Source: Marsupella aquatica
Lineage: Eukaryota; Plantae; Marchantiophyta
Reading direction: 5' to 3'
DNA: 64,000 nt
Assembly: GCA_973895155.1 (NCBI GenBank)
Contig: OZ316893.1
Location: 9,737,560 to 9,801,559, forward strand
The translations under genes and the position numbers were made by a program. Positions 25,203-38,532 of the stretch are shown piece after piece. The notes beneath the pieces are model-generated. The model had not been told where the DNA came from, searched no databases, and was given only the letters and a program-made list of their open reading frames with translations. Numbering within the stretch: the first letter of the stretch is position 1; each line of letters opens with the position of its first letter.

Positions 25203-26337
25203 AATCTCAAACCTTAAATCGAAATAATGGCTAACATAAGCTACTTTCAAGGGCTAGAGTGAAGCCTCTAGGCCATAAAGTCCATATAGGGACAAAGTGA
25301 CAAAGATGGACTCAAAATTAGTTCCTAGACCCCTTGGCTAATAAAATCAGGGAAAATCAGGGGGAAGAGTCGATCTGAGCCGTCTCCATTTCTTATCTCC
25401 GGAAATCTCGTCCGTCCATCATAATGGCCAATCTATGGCTCAAAAGAAAGATCTCAAATAGATCTATGGATGGGTTTTGTCAGTTTTGCAAATGGGTTAA
25501 TATTTTTCAAATGAAAAATTAAACAAATCCAAACCTTCCTAGCCGTTGATTTTGTTGATTTTACTATCTTTGCCGTCCATTTTGTAATGCCTCTAGAAAT
25601 CTTATTCATCCATGTTAGAAGGCGATCTAGGGTGCAAAAGAAAGATCTCAATGAGATCTACGACCGGGTATTTTTTGTTTTGAGAATGAGTAAATAGTTT
25701 TGAATATAAAATTCTATGAACTTTCAAGATTCCAACCATTCCTCCTCCCCGATCCTGGGTTTCTATGTGCTCTACCCAGCATTAATGGCCGTACAATACG
25801 AGAGGTCCTTACATACCGGGAGTTGCGGTTTAACAAGGAAATTATCAAGTTAGTTATTAGTCATTATTTATTATATGAAAATTACTTTTTATAAATCTTT
25901 GAATTTAAGTTTTAAAATTGGAAATGTAACTAAAACAGTTACATAGTGACAATTTTAAGCGTCTTGCTCTTTGCATTTCCAATGTTTTTACTTTTCTTTT
26001 TATGGCACGACGTCCCAAAATTTACACCCAAATTGACACAAACACGAATGAAAACTATAAGTTTGATTCACAAAACTGATGAATCTTGTTTATTGCAGTT
26101 GTTGTTGACGTGGCACGCTGTGGTGCCAGGAATTTTGAAAGGGACCTCTAGTGGGGTCCGTAAATAAGGACAAAACTGGACTCTAAATAGGGCAAATCTC
26201 AAACCTTAAATCTAAATAATGGCTAACATAAGCTACTTTCAAGGGCTAGAGTGAAGCCTCTAGGCCATAAAGTCCATATAGGAACAAAGTGACAAAGATG
26301 GACTCAAAATAAGGACAAAACTGGACTCTAAATAGGA
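25203..26337 (+). repeat. About 145-bp tandem duplication whose first copy is split by an 840-bp insertion
   Basis: Block A (AATCTCAAACCTTAAATC...GATGGACTCAAAAT) occurs at 25203-25318 and 26196-26310. Block B (AAATAAGGACAAAACTGGACTCTAAATAGG) occurs at 26162-26191 and about 26307-26336. Confidence 0.75.
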
Positions 26338-27061
26338 CAAAGTGGGAGTGAACAGAAAATGGGCAATAAGATAAGCATAGAATTCCTTTTTCTGCAAGAT
26401 TTTTTTGGGTCTCCATCTCCATTTTTTAATATTTTTCATTTTTTCAAAGGAGAGCCCAAAACACCCCCACAACACGTCAATGGGGGACAGACACCACCCA
26501 GCAGAAGCCCACGGGCCGACCAGGGGTCTTCATCTCCATTTGAATGGGTAAGAAGGCTAGTGGCAACAATGGTTATATTGATTCCATCTATACTCTATAC
26601 CGATAGGGTAATGGCAGTCTGGTTGGGGGTTATCAACCTTTAACATGTGACAAGAAAGTGAAGAAATAACCTATGGCAAGAAAACTAAAAAATATATGGG
26701 GAGAACTTTTTTGAGCTTTCCTGGAGCAAAGTTCAGACTAAAATATATTCTAATTGACAATAGTGTCACTGTTTTATCTTATTTACAATAGGATTGTTTT
26801 GTATATGGATGACAAGTTCACTCGCATAACCAAGGTAATCATACACCAAAACAGCGGCATATTTGTAAAGAAATACAATAAAAATATTGTCAATACAGTA
26901 AATATATTAGAACACATTGAATGGCAATGTAGTTAAAAGCTTTTAGGTCTTGGCTACGTTTTGGTCAGCTCATTATTTCCCTCAGTACTCTTAGTGCCTA
27001 ACCTTCTGCCTGCTGGTTTGGCTTGGATTCACCAATAAAGATATTCATTGATTTCACTGCA

Positions 27062-27205
27062 TTTTCCTGGCACCAGTAATTGTGCTAGTGAGTGCCACCC
27101 CTTAGAGAGATTTGTCCTTTATTCATGGGACGCCTATTTGTAGGTGCATTTTCCTGGCACTAGTAATGGTGCTAGTGAGTGCCACCCCCTGAAGAGATTT
27201 GCCCT
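27062..27205 (+). repeat. Imperfect direct repeat (about 55 bp, two copies)
   Basis: TTTTCCTGGCAC(C/T)AGTAAT(T/G)GTGCTAGTGAGTGCCACCCC...GAGATTTG at about 27062 and 27149. Confidence 0.75.
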
Positions 27206-28039
27206 GTTTGTAGGTGGCTGAGCTTGACTCATTCCTGGCCCAAGGTTTAGGGTTTAAGTTTACAAGGTGCTCCCAGTGGAGATTTGGCAGAGTTGGTTTT
27301 TGGCTCCTAGGGTTCTTTTTTCCTTTGTCTCTGCCACTGGTTTTCATGGCAGGGTGATTTGAATTCATCACCAATAAAAAAAAACAATATGGTCTGAACT
27401 GCAAAGCCAATATTAATCCAATATTGGTACAAACCCAATCATGCTCTAGACAGGCTCGTGTGTATGTAATAAGTATCATTTTGGTTCCCAGAAGTCCTAG
27501 AGTTGGTAACTCATGAATTTTGACCTCCACAAATTTTGGCCATAAGTGATAGCCTTAAAATAAAGACTTAGCTTTGCTCCACTGGCACACAAAAGTCCAA
27601 ATTTAAAGCTGATTTTATTTGGATGTGAGAAAGTTATGTCAAATCCCAAGGCAAAAGGCTATCTAAATTCCAAAATATGCAATCTCACTCAGTCTTATCT
27701 TTTCGTGATCTGTTTATGCAATGTCATTCTGGCTGGAAAGCTTCCCTGGGCATTCGATAATGTTGACATTTTTTACTAAAGTTCATATGGACCTAAAGTT
27801 GTGATTGTGCACATTTTTCACTCCCAACCTGCAAGCATTCTCTTTGCAAACTGCAACACTCATTGAAATCTAGTTGCCAGGCATTGTTAACTCCCTTAGT
27901 GTCCAATTGTCTGGCCCTTTCAGGCCCTCTCTCTTCTGCTCAACATTTTTGCTCAACATCTCTTACTACAACAAGCTATCTAATGATGCCATATTCAAAT
28001 CTTAATACACTACTATGATCTAGAGTGAAGCCTCTACAC

Positions 28040-28383
28040 TATTAGATATTGCTCTAGTCTTGTGATTCATGAGCTAACTACAGTTAGGCTAACTTGGGTT
28101 AGGACTTAGCTAATGTTAGCGGAAGTGCTGTTGTGTATATAGCCAGGGCTGATACCAGACCCTGGTGGAATTTAGGCTCATTGTTACAGAGCTAGTTGAG
28201 AGATAGGGAGAGCTTGTGATGTGGATGCTTGGTATGGCCGGTCGACCTAGAGTGCAGTAAAGCTCTTGTGTGTTCCCTTGGACGTAGCTTCATGTGGAGG
28301 TGAACCACGTATCTCTCTGTGTCGACTCTTGTGCATTTGATGGTTTATGGGCTTGCCGTTGCAAATGTCGCCTATGCTCAACG
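28040..28383 (+). mobile_element. Solo LTR of a copia family related to the element at 40385-48299
   Basis: Colinear similarity to the reverse complement of the 40385-40718 LTR (ATTGCTCT.AGTCTTGTGA, TATA..CCAGGGCT, CTCATTGT, GTAAAGCT, GGACGTAGC, GAGGTGAACCACGTA, TGTGTCGACT). The termini have decayed to TA...CG. It is flanked by the near-TSD TACAC/TATAC. Confidence 0.75.
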
Positions 28384-28596
28384 TATACTTGATCAAGGGC
28401 ACAACTGGAACTTGAAAGACATTCATATTCATCATTTTTTAATGAGTTTATAAGGGAACCTCAAAGCTGAGAAATAAATGACAATGACCTTAGCCATAAA
28501 ATAATGGTCATAACTTTTTCACAAGGTTATGTAATTTTTGTTTTTGTTTTTTTCTTTCACTGGTAATTGCATATGATAAAAAAAAGTTTTGGAGTA

Positions 28597-28713
28597 TGAA
28601 TTTAGTGGTCAGTAACTTTTTGTGTTCTTAACTTGTAGCTAGGGAGTTAAGGATTGTGGCTTCGAGACACTGTGAATTTAGTGGTCAATAACTTTTTGTG
28701 TTCTTAACTTGTA
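28597..28713 (+). repeat. Tandem duplication, period about 76 bp
   Basis: TGAATTTAGTGGTCA(G/A)TAACTTTTTGTGTTCTTAACTTGTA twice. Confidence 0.8.
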
Positions 28714-28814
28714 ACGAGGGAGTTAAGGTTCATCAGATTATGGCTTCAAGACACCCTATTTTTGAGCAAAGCTCACACACCATTTCTAAAGCTCACGAAT
28801 TCGTGGGGTTGTCC

Positions 28815-28901
28815 CTCTTTTTTTCTGCCCTTGATGGCTTGTTGCCTTCTGGCCTGCTTGTTTCCCCCATCCCTGGAGGTTCATGCCAGCATATTTTATA
28901 A
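28815..28901 (+). mobile_element. Very short 3'-terminal fragment of the LINE family seen at 1-1515
   Basis: GGCCTGCTTGTTTCCCC..TCC.TGG.GGTTCA matches the LINE 3' UTR at about 1446-1477. Confidence 0.5.
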
Positions 28902-29634
28902 GGATTCCACTTTTTAGCCAGAGTGGCAAATGTAAAGTGTGTGAGGAAAAAGATGCTCAGAAGATTCCCTATTCAATTATTGTCCTAACCATCAGATCTC
29001 CCTAGATTTAAGGTAGTCTGTTAGATTCTGGCTAATGGGGCCTGGGATTAAGTGAAACACTGGCTAATGAAACAGCAAAATAGTAGCCAATTTTCACCAA
29101 AAGTGGCAAAAGTTTTTTGGGGAGATGGAATCTAGCGAATTTTTGTCACCAAAAAAAACACTGGTTCAAGCGGAAAAAAAGCAAAATTTAAATTTAAACA
29201 AGAAAAAACTCACAAATTCAGGCTAGTACTATGCAACGCAATGGCGCGAGGCTAGTGAAACATAAATGTTGAAATTCTGGACGCCCTATTATTGCATATA
29301 GTAATTACGGTCCCACTCCAAAACCCAAATTCACTCTGGTACAGTACCGTAACCCTACTCTTGTAAATAACCGCTGTGTTTACTTACTGTACATGCGAAT
29401 TGTTTCCCGCCTCCATCGCTCATGTGCACTGTCTGGAAGAAACTGCGGAACAACTCCTTTCGCGAACGTACAGCAGCAGTGCAAAGAACGGCAGCGAAGA
29501 ACGATCGATCGACCGGTTGATCATCGAATTCCTCGACAGCCTGAACTTCTGAGAGGTGCTCGATCGAAGAAGTTGAAGAAGTAGATTACGCAGAAGAAGG
29601 AGAAGAAGGAGAAGCAGGTGAAGAAGCGGTCGAG

Positions 29635-32600
29635 ATGTCGATCAGAGTGGTGAATCCGAATGCGGAAGTTTTAAATAAGTCGGCCGCTCTGGCTATGATG
29701 ATCAATGCGGCCAAGGGCTTACAGGAGGTTCTCAAGACCAATCTCGGTCCCAAAGGAACCATCAAAATGTGAGATCCTCGATTCTTCATATCACCACACG
29801 GCTCTGAGCTACTCTTCCTCGCGTTCAACGTTTTGGTCTACACGCACGGAGAAATGTTCTTGAGGATGGAGCCCTTTAAAAGTGTTAGGGATGATCGGAA
29901 GATACATCGACCTTTGAGAATGTTGGCTGGCTTGCTTGCTTTTGTGGTGTCAGCCGCTGAGGTGTGGTGCGGTGAGGTTTTGCGTGTTTGTTACGGAGGT
30001 GCAGGTTTTAGAGGGTTTAGTCGACGTTTCCCAAGGCATTGTTGTGGATCTTACTATTGTTGGTATTTCTGCGAGTCTTATTCTCATAGGACTATTTGCT
30101 CATGTTCAGGCTGGTGGGAGGCTCTGGGGACATCAAACTAACGAAAGATGGCAACACTCTTCTCAAGGAAATGGTAAGTTGAGTTGTGTTTCCTTCGAAT
30201 GTGGTGGAGGACTCGGTTGAATCGTGCGATTCTCAATTTTGATCTTGCCTGGTCCAATGTTTGTTCCGTCATCTTGTTTGGAATTGTCGGCCCAGGTGGA
30301 ATTGAGCTGACAGTTTTGTTGTTTGAGCTCTGTAGCAAATTCAGAACCCGACGGCCATTATGATAGCCCGTACAGCAGTGGCTCAAGATGATATCAGTGG
30401 AGATGGAACGACTTCTACGGTCCTCATGATCGGAGAGCTGATGAAGCAGTCCGAGCGTTTCATTGCCGAAGGTCCTTATCGAATTGTTGGATGTTCTGAC
30501 TGCCGCGTTTCATGGACTCATAGGATTTTATGCCTGGATCATTATTAGATTGACTTAAGGATGGTCTTTTTCTAATTCTAGTTATTCTACACCGTACTGC
30601 CGTCGAGCTCAAACGTACAGTTCGGTGTGTGGTCCCTCATCATTTGTCAGTCTAACTCGACGACCAGAACGAAAATCAGCCTATGTTTAAGAATGCATAT
30701 CACAGTAGCGGTGATAGAATTCTCCACCACCGCTTCACTAGTTTGGTCACCTGCATTTAATGAGCTTGATTGAATGGCCTGAATATGCGGGTGGATATGC
30801 CCTGGATTGGGATATATATAACTCTGTTTGCCAATTTTCAGGCATGCACCCTCGTCTTCTTGTTGATGGATTTGAAATCGCCAAGAAAGCCACTCTAGAG
30901 TTTCTTGAGGAATTCAAGACCCCTGTTACTGTTGGGAACACCCCTGATAAGGAGATTATACTTATGGTGGCTCGGACCGCCCTTAGAACCAAGGTAAGCA
31001 CCTATCCTATCACCTTTCAGCGTTCCCATTAGGACTTGGAAATTTCCGGGTATCTTTATCCACAGTCAGTTGTTTGAACTTTTCATGCACGGTAGACAGC
31101 CGTGCCCTTCTCCTTGATTGGTCTGTTTCATCAGTTTCCTATTGGATACTTTTCTGAACCGATTAAGCATCTGTGAGTGTTAGTGGAAAGAATTTGAGTG
31201 ATTTTCTTTCTGTTGTTAGTAATTTGCCCTAATTGGTGCGTGCTAAATTTGAACTCCAAATTGTACTCCATACTTTTCCGGGCAGGGCAAGATCCTAACA
31301 GATATCACTGTCTGCTTCATGGTTTCTACAGCTTTATGAAGAACTAGCCGATCAACTCACGGATATTGTAGTCAAGGCTGTAAGACACCACTCTACACAG
31401 AATAATGTGCACTTACATATTAGCATCAGGTCGTTTACAGATCTTAATGATGTGTCCTTAAGGAATGTGCATTCGTTTCACCCCCATTGCACCGTGCTTT
31501 GTTTATTCATCTAAGTATTTGAGTATACACTTCCATGTAATATATATGGAAATTCAACAGTACTGCAAAATTTAGTGTATGCCTTACTACGAGGTGGGCT
31601 ACACAGTTTAACTTAATAACACGAACCAGCGTGTCTGTTTTGTGTTTCAGGTTTTCTGCATAAGGAAGCCGGAAGAACCTATTGACCTGTTTATGGTTGA
31701 GATCATGCACATGCGACACAAAATGGATACTGATACTCGACTGGTAAGAGATCCATTCCACCGCACTCGTTTTATCTCAAGAATATCGTGCAGCAGCAGC
31801 TTATATGTGTCGTGTGCGATTATGACAGATGTTTTGAAAGTTGCGTGTTAATAGTCTTGTCCATCAACAGATACACGGTCGTCACATTTTAAAATTAGTG
31901 TCAGCTACTGACGGCTCCGGTACCCAGGATGGTTACAGTTCAGCGAAAGTGCTCACCGGCTTCTAGAACGTCACTAAGCGACTTCTTTTATGAATTGAAC
32001 TAAGTGGACTTACCATCGTCTGATTTATCGTAGACTTGATAAAGTGATATAATATGTTTAGGCAATCGAGAAAGTTAAGAGCGCAAGATGTTTGCAATTC
32101 TAACTTTTCGGTTTGGTGGCTAAGAAAGTTGGCTAGGACTGTGCTCCCCACCCTCCTTCCTTCTCTGGCATGGGCTGGTCCCTCAAGGAAAGTCATGTTC
32201 TCAGTCCAAGCTATTATCTATGCCCTGCGCAGGTGGAGGGTTTGGTCCTTGACCACGGGGCTCGGCATCCAGATATGAAGAAGAGTGTGGAAAATTGCTA
32301 TATTCTAACTCTCAATGTCTCCCTGGAGTATGAGAAGAGGTAAGGGCCATTCTGTCTATGGTTTATGGCACAACCTTTTAGAGCTTATTCTGGGAAGGGG
32401 TAGGATTATCGATACATTTTGTCAGTGAAAGTATCAGATTGTTTCTTCAATTACAGTTTACCTTTTTTGGTCGAAGGTTGATGTTGTTAGTCGTGTCTGA
32501 GCCTGTGGCAGTGAGGTCAATGCGGGATTTTTTTATCATGATGCCGAACAACGAGAGAAAATGGTTGCTGCTGAACGTAGAAATGTCGACGAGAAAGTCT

Positions 32601-35600
32601 TACAAATCATTGACCTGAAGAGAAAAGTAAGTTTTTCATTGGGAACCCCATCCCATGCAGACATTTTATCGATTCAGTAAAGTATCAATAGGTACCGTAC
32701 CGTTGCCCTTGTTGGGAACATTCCATCCTAGTTTTGCGGTGGAACTAGCGTGCAAGGAGTCTGTTTGTCCTTAACGTTGTCGAGTCGTCTCACAGGTTTG
32801 CGAAGGAACCGATAAGTCCTTTGTGGTTATCAACCAGAAGGGTATTGATCCAATTTCTCTGGACTTGCTAGCAAAAGAAGGGGTAAGTTTGGGACTGCAG
32901 AAGTTTTGGGATTGAATTTCCATCTTGTCGTTTCTTTTTCCCGTATGATTGGTTCCTTACGTTTGCCTGGCCCCAGTGGTTAAGAGTCTGAGGAAGGATG
33001 TGTCAATATCACTGTGGGAGCGAATGTTTGGGGGTGATAAATTACTGCATTAAATGAGTTACACTGAAACCTGTTTTGAGATCTTATTGTTGGACCAAGT
33101 ATTAGAGCTGAGAGTCCAACAACTGTGCAGATTGTGGGGTTGAGAAGAGCAAAGCGTCGCAATATGGAGCGGCTTGTACTGGCTTGTGGTGGGGAGGCCA
33201 TGAACTCCGTCGAGGATCTCTCCCCTGAGGTTCTTGGATGGGCAGGAAAGGTCTATGAGCATGTCCTTGGCGAAGAAAAGTACACTTTTGTTGAGGATGT
33301 GAAGAATCCGTTTTCTTGTACCATCCTTATTAAGGGTAAGGGTTCTCTGGAATACACGTTGTCATGTGCCGTATTAATTTTAGCAACATGAGAAGCAAAT
33401 AAGCATAATGTATCTATTCTCGTGCCGAGGATGAGTTGTTCTTAATTGATCTCGTGGTGGGTATTTAGGGCCTAATGATCACACTATCGCCCAAATAAAG
33501 GATGCCGTTCGGGATGGATTAAGAGCTGTGAAGAACACCATCGAAGATGGATCTCTTGTTCTTGTGAGTAAACCTTCGCAATCTGTGTTGGCCTCTAAAG
33601 TGTTCTGGAGGGATTGGGATTATCACATAATAGGATGGTATGGATAAATGTAAATTCCTATTTTTCCAGATAGGTTTCGCATAGATACCGGTTTTGAGGC
33701 GTGGCAACCTTCATGCTGGGCATCCTGTAGTTTTATTGGTTCCTAATGAACGGAGTCATATTGAAAGTTGTTCGTACTACCTCTAGAAATGGTGGTCGTG
33801 GAGTGTGAGTGACAGATTTAGTACCCGTTCGCGTACGTGCCCACAAGTTGACCTGTTTAGTTTGAAACTGAAGGCTCTCCTCGGCTCCAACTTTAGCGAG
33901 TGAAGTTTATCCGAATTTTTTATGTCCTGGATTACCTTTCAAGCATCATGCACACAGTCCCAGAATGTAGGGACTCCCTCTAGTTTAAGTAATCACTAAC
34001 GATCATGGCTGTTCAGGGTGCGGGAGCGTTTGAGGTAGCAGCTCGTCAGCATCTGATGAACAATGTGAAGAGAACTGTCAAAGGGGTAAGTGTCTGTGCC
34101 TCTCTGTATTGATACGGAAGCACCTATCAATCTGTAATACGATTATTGCCGTTTGTAAACCTTGTCAATCCTGAAAGGTACGGGAAGATCTCGAATTGAG
34201 AAAAGGTTTCGAAGCACAAAATGAATCTACGAAGCTAAGTATCACCCTCTGAAATCACATAATAATGTATTTTAGAAAAGCTTTACCGTAATGACGACGA
34301 ACATGCTAGGGTAAAAACGAGTATGGCAGGCATCCACACCTCCTTCAATCAAAATTTGGAAAGGCGATTGGGTTAATCGTGCATCATGAAGCTTGTTGTA
34401 TGTGGGACCTATCCCATAATCTTTGTGGAGATTCAGAGTGCCTTAACGGTCCCAGAACACGAGCTGATCCTAGACTACAGGGTTAAATCTTACTGTCAAA
34501 AAACACTACCTCACACCGAACCCGTCTGTGGCTTTTACGACTCGGAAATGATGGGTTCTTGTATTCGGCCCTGTACTTCTCAAGAAACCGAATGATTCTA
34601 TGGATTATCTGGAGGGAAACAGCTAATCATTACCGTTTTGCGACGTCTATGAGGTGTTTCTCACCAAACTGACGATCGTAAGACTTTGTACTTTGAAGCG
34701 TGCTCAACTTGGCGTGGAAGCGTTCGCGGACGCATTACTTGTTGTCCCGAAGACTCTTGCGGAAAACTCGGGCCTTGACACTCAAGAAGTTCTCATTACA
34801 CTTCAGGTATTTTGCATTTCGAAGTTTTTAAAAACTTCTGGGAAGTCGAAGTTCTAAAGATCGTAGATGCCTGTGTTCTATCTCAGGAAATTCACGGCAA
34901 TGCAGATTATCAGATGTTGGCAGTCAGTCTGTATGATTGTGAGAAGAATGCTTTTTTTTTCTATGATCCGTATAACCGAGTTCAATGGAAGCTCAGCGCA
35001 ACTAAAGAGTTTATCATTTTTGGAATCCACTACTTGTGGGATCTTTCCGGAGTAGTTGGTAATCATTTGTAATACAGTTCTGGGCGGGGCCTGGGCCAGA
35101 GACCGCTTCCTCGTTTCTATAAACTGATTGAAACAATTGTGTTGATGGAATTCGAACATAGTTTTTCATTACTGTACTGCGATCTTGAGTAAATAACTGT
35201 ATGTAGAAATTATTTCCAGGAGATGTGTTCACCCTATATTAATCTGGTAGCCTGTCTGTTGCAGTCAGCACATGATGCTGGTAATGTTGTTGGGTTAAAT
35301 CACAACACAGGGGAGCCTATGGATCCCCACTTGGAAGGCATCTTTGACAACTATTCAGTCAAGAAGCAAATACTTAACTCAGCGTACGGTCTCCTGCCCT
35401 GAACTGCATCTAAGCATCAATTGTTATAGTAACTGACTGACTCACATAGGTTCATGTCCTGGTCATGTCTTACGGATTGAATGTATACCTAGCAGCATTG
35501 GTGATGGTTTGGCTAATGAGTGGATTGGAACTGTTCTGGCAAGACTACTGAATGTTCTATACTTGCTCATCCTTCTGACACTGTTTCTGTTTCAGGCCTG

Positions 35601-35668
35601 TCATTGCTGCACAACTGCTTCTGGTTGACGAAGTAATTAGAGCAGGTCGGAACATGCGCAAGCAATAG
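29635..35668 (+). CDS. CCT6: T-complex protein 1 subunit zeta (CCT6), about 15 exons
   Basis: [45 protein letters not shown]|[21 protein letters not shown]|[77 protein letters not shown], and C-terminal [16 protein letters not shown]. Introns are GT-AG. Confidence 0.96.
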
Positions 35669-36865
35669 TTATGCACAGTAGCAGTGAGCAATATTGACCT
35701 CCCACCTTGGTTATTATCCTAATACCAGTTGTTGTGGTCAAGGTTTGAATCGTCGATGAAAGTTTTGTAAGCGGCTCCAGTCCTAGGTAGTTGTTCTGAG
35801 TTTTTCAGTCTGATGATAAAAGGCCCTTGGAGAATGGGTTTCTATATGGCATGGGAGTAAGACTTATAGCAGTAGAATGAGTACTAATATAGCTGGCGTT
35901 GGAGCTTGCAAAGGAAAATTTATTCGCCAAATCCAGACTCCTGCTAGAGTAACTGTATTCGAGACCAATGTTTAAGGAGAATAGGGCTTTGAGTGTCCCG
36001 GGAGTTATCACAAACAGTGGAGTATTGCAAATTGAGTTTTGATACATGCTTCTCATTTGAGTTATAGCATCCTGAAATAACATGGTTTACTGGTATCTCT
36101 AGACCAACTTTTACGAGAATGGCAATTCTGACCTCGACAGATGCACGTGAATGACACGGGTTTCTTTCCTCGCCTTGTATTTTAAAACGCGGAAAAGGCC
36201 ACCAGTGGTGAACGACACCGTGGATGTCCATGTCGCGAGACACTAGCAAAATCCCCACCACTCGTGAAAACCACAAAAGGAAAATTCGCAAATTCTTCCA
36301 AGTATTTCTGCGAGTAGGCGACAATAGCTCAACTCTAATTGAGGTCATTATACATTCGCGACTCAGCACGTGATGTCTGTGGCAAGTGATACCAGTTGAA
36401 AGTGACCCGTCCATGTACCTAAACCAAGATTCGATGCTTTAACCTTGTTCTTGTTCGAACCTGACCTGCTGAACCAAGAATCAGGTGAACCGGTTTATGA
36501 GAAATTTTGTATGCTCCTTTGGTTTTTACGTCTATATCACATTGAAGATTTGCATATTTTATTATTTTTTAAATTTCGGGGTTGTGGAGAAAATCTCTCA
36601 TATTGGAAATGGAATGGACTTGATTCTCGGATGAACAAGTTCAATTTGGATGGAAACAAATAAAGTGTGTAAACTTAGAGGAGACGAGCTCTGAGAGCTG
36701 ACTGAACTGGCAGAGCTGAGAGAGCCTCAACAAGGGTGGAATGCGATTGGGATGGACATGGAGATGTCCATCTTTTTTATGTGAACTGCTGTGGATGATT
36801 TCGGGGAAGTGCTATGGATTGAAAAATCAGAGTTTTTGGCATCTGTCGGATGGTTGAATCTGGAG

Positions 36866-37370
36866 GCATTGAGCTCTACTCCGCGACTCTTACACTTGCG
36901 CAATCGGTGGTGCTTTATGCTGTGGATTGATGCATTGTACGATGACCCCCTATAGACGTGATCAAGTGCAATATGCAGATTGATCCGGTCAAATACAACA
37001 GCATCTTTGGTGGGTTTGAAACTGCTTATACGGAGGCAGGGATTGCTGGCCTTGTGAGGGGGTGGGTGCCAACTCTGTTTGGGTACAGCATTCAGGGTGC
37101 TGCCAAGCTTGGTTTCTATGAGTTCCTTTAAGTGCTACTACAGAGAAAAGGTTGGGCAACAAACTGCACAGCAGTGTAAGACCTTGCTTCACCTGTCTGC
37201 CTCTGCAGGCAGGCATAGGGCTCTGTCCATTGGAGGCTGTGAAGGTCCACATACAAACCCAATCAGGATATGCGAAGGGGATATCTGATGGGCTTCCCAA
37301 TTGCTTGCCTCCAATGGATTTGCCCGTTTGCATGTACGAGGGAATCCTTCCCACTCTGGGGAAGGCAATT
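36866..37370 (+). pseudogene. Intronless, frameshifted mitochondrial phosphate carrier (MPT/PHT3, SLC25A3 family) pseudogene fragment
   Basis: Reading across shifts gives IELYS..TCAIGGALCCGLMHCTMTP.DVIKCNMQIDPVKYNSIFGGF...GLVRGWVPTLFGYSIQGAAKLGFYEF.KCYY...LCPLEAVKVHIQTQSGYAKGISDGLP. There are multiple indels and the 3' end is truncated. Confidence 0.85.
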
Positions 37371-37450
37371 TAGGGTTGTCATATGCAAACAAGAGGTTCA
37401 CCAGCCAGGCCATGTGATCACTCCGGCCAAGCATGTTGTCACTGCTAGCA

Positions 37451-37482
37451 TTGTTGTTGTTGTTGTTGAATGTTGTTGTTGT
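37451..37482 (+). repeat. (TTG)n microsatellite
   Basis: ttgttgttgttgttgttgaatgttgttgttgt. Confidence 0.85.
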
Positions 37483-37704
37483 TAGTGCACCCCAGTGTTG
37501 TGTGTGCAAGCTAGTTTAGTGTGTGGGGAATGAGTTGAAGAATACAAAATAATCATCACAATCAAAACAGAATATTTAAGATGCTCATTTGTATCTTCAA
37601 TGTTCACAGGATACAAATGGGCATTATGGACTCGCAAGGGGACCACAAAGGTAGATATAGCCCAATGCTCATATGGTGCTCCATTGTCACTGGTCATCGT
37701 ATTG

Positions 37705-37923
37705 TTGTTCCCAATACCTACAAGTTGTTAAACCAGAACTGCACCTATGAAAGAGTTACTGCTTACACTTAGCTCTCATTATGAAGTGCACATTGTTCCC
37801 AATGCCTACAAGTTGTTAAACCAGAACTGCACCTATGAAAGAGTTACGGCTTACACTTAGCTCTCATTATGAAGTGCACAAAAAGAGTTACGGTTTACCC
37901 TTAGCTCTCATTATAAAGTGCAC
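37705..37923 (+). repeat. 88-bp tandem repeat, about 2.5 copies
   Basis: TTGTTCCCAAT(A/G)CCTACAAGTTGTTAAACCAGAACTGCACC...GAAGTGCACA at 37705 and 37793, with a partial third copy from about 37882. Confidence 0.85.
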
Positions 37924-38174
37924 AGGTTCATGAATGGGCTTGAACTCCACATAAGGTGGTGAGTGTTCTACCTTGCACTGGCAAGTGCACCACCTTTTAT
38001 GGTGAAACACTAATCATCACACGATGCGTAGCGAGGAAGGAATGAGACTTTTATATGGACACTTGTGGTTGATATGATTAATGTTAGGGCCAAACCAGAT
38101 ACTATGTAGATATGTCACTTAGTCACATTGTATATCGTCTGGCTCATTGTGTGAATTGGAGTCAAAGTGGAGAT

Positions 38175-38532
38175 TGTTAAGAATTGACTCTAGTTTCCGA
38201 CTTTAGTTAGTTTGGCCTTACTAAGGTTAATTGGCCCTTGGTTAGATTATGATCAAATGCACTTATTTAGGTCCACATATCTCAGTTCCCTTTGGGGGGT
38301 ATAGGTTGGAGGGAGTGCATTATCTCCCTCATTCTTCACATGTATTCTCATATGCACATGTATTCTCATCTGCTATGGATACTTCAGGAATTTCTCCACT
38401 CGTGGTTTCTTGTCGATGTAATGTGTGATTGAGTGTCTTTCTCATGTTCCGCATTTGCTATCTAGTCTGAGCTGATAATTTATTACAATACCACATTTGA
38501 CAATTGAACGGTTTGGGGCATGGAGCTTAACA
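38175..38532 (+). mobile_element. 3' LTR of a truncated copia-like element (different family)
   Basis: Terminal inverted repeats TGTTAAG...CTTAACA. It is preceded by the PPT-like CAAAGTGGAGAT (38163-38174). No matching 5' LTR was found. Confidence 0.6.

Noticed and set aside
30472-30841. CCT6 intron with donor GTCCTT, considered as a U12-type intron
   Set aside because: It does not match GTATCCTT and has no clear TCCTTAAC branch point, so it was treated as a weak U2 donor.
35944-36414. 156-aa minus-strand ORF downstream of CCT6
   Set aside because: No recognisable motif; it lies in the probable CCT6 3' UTR or flank.
37705-37923. Repeat array as possible CRISPR
   Set aside because: A contiguous 88-bp tandem duplication with no spacers.
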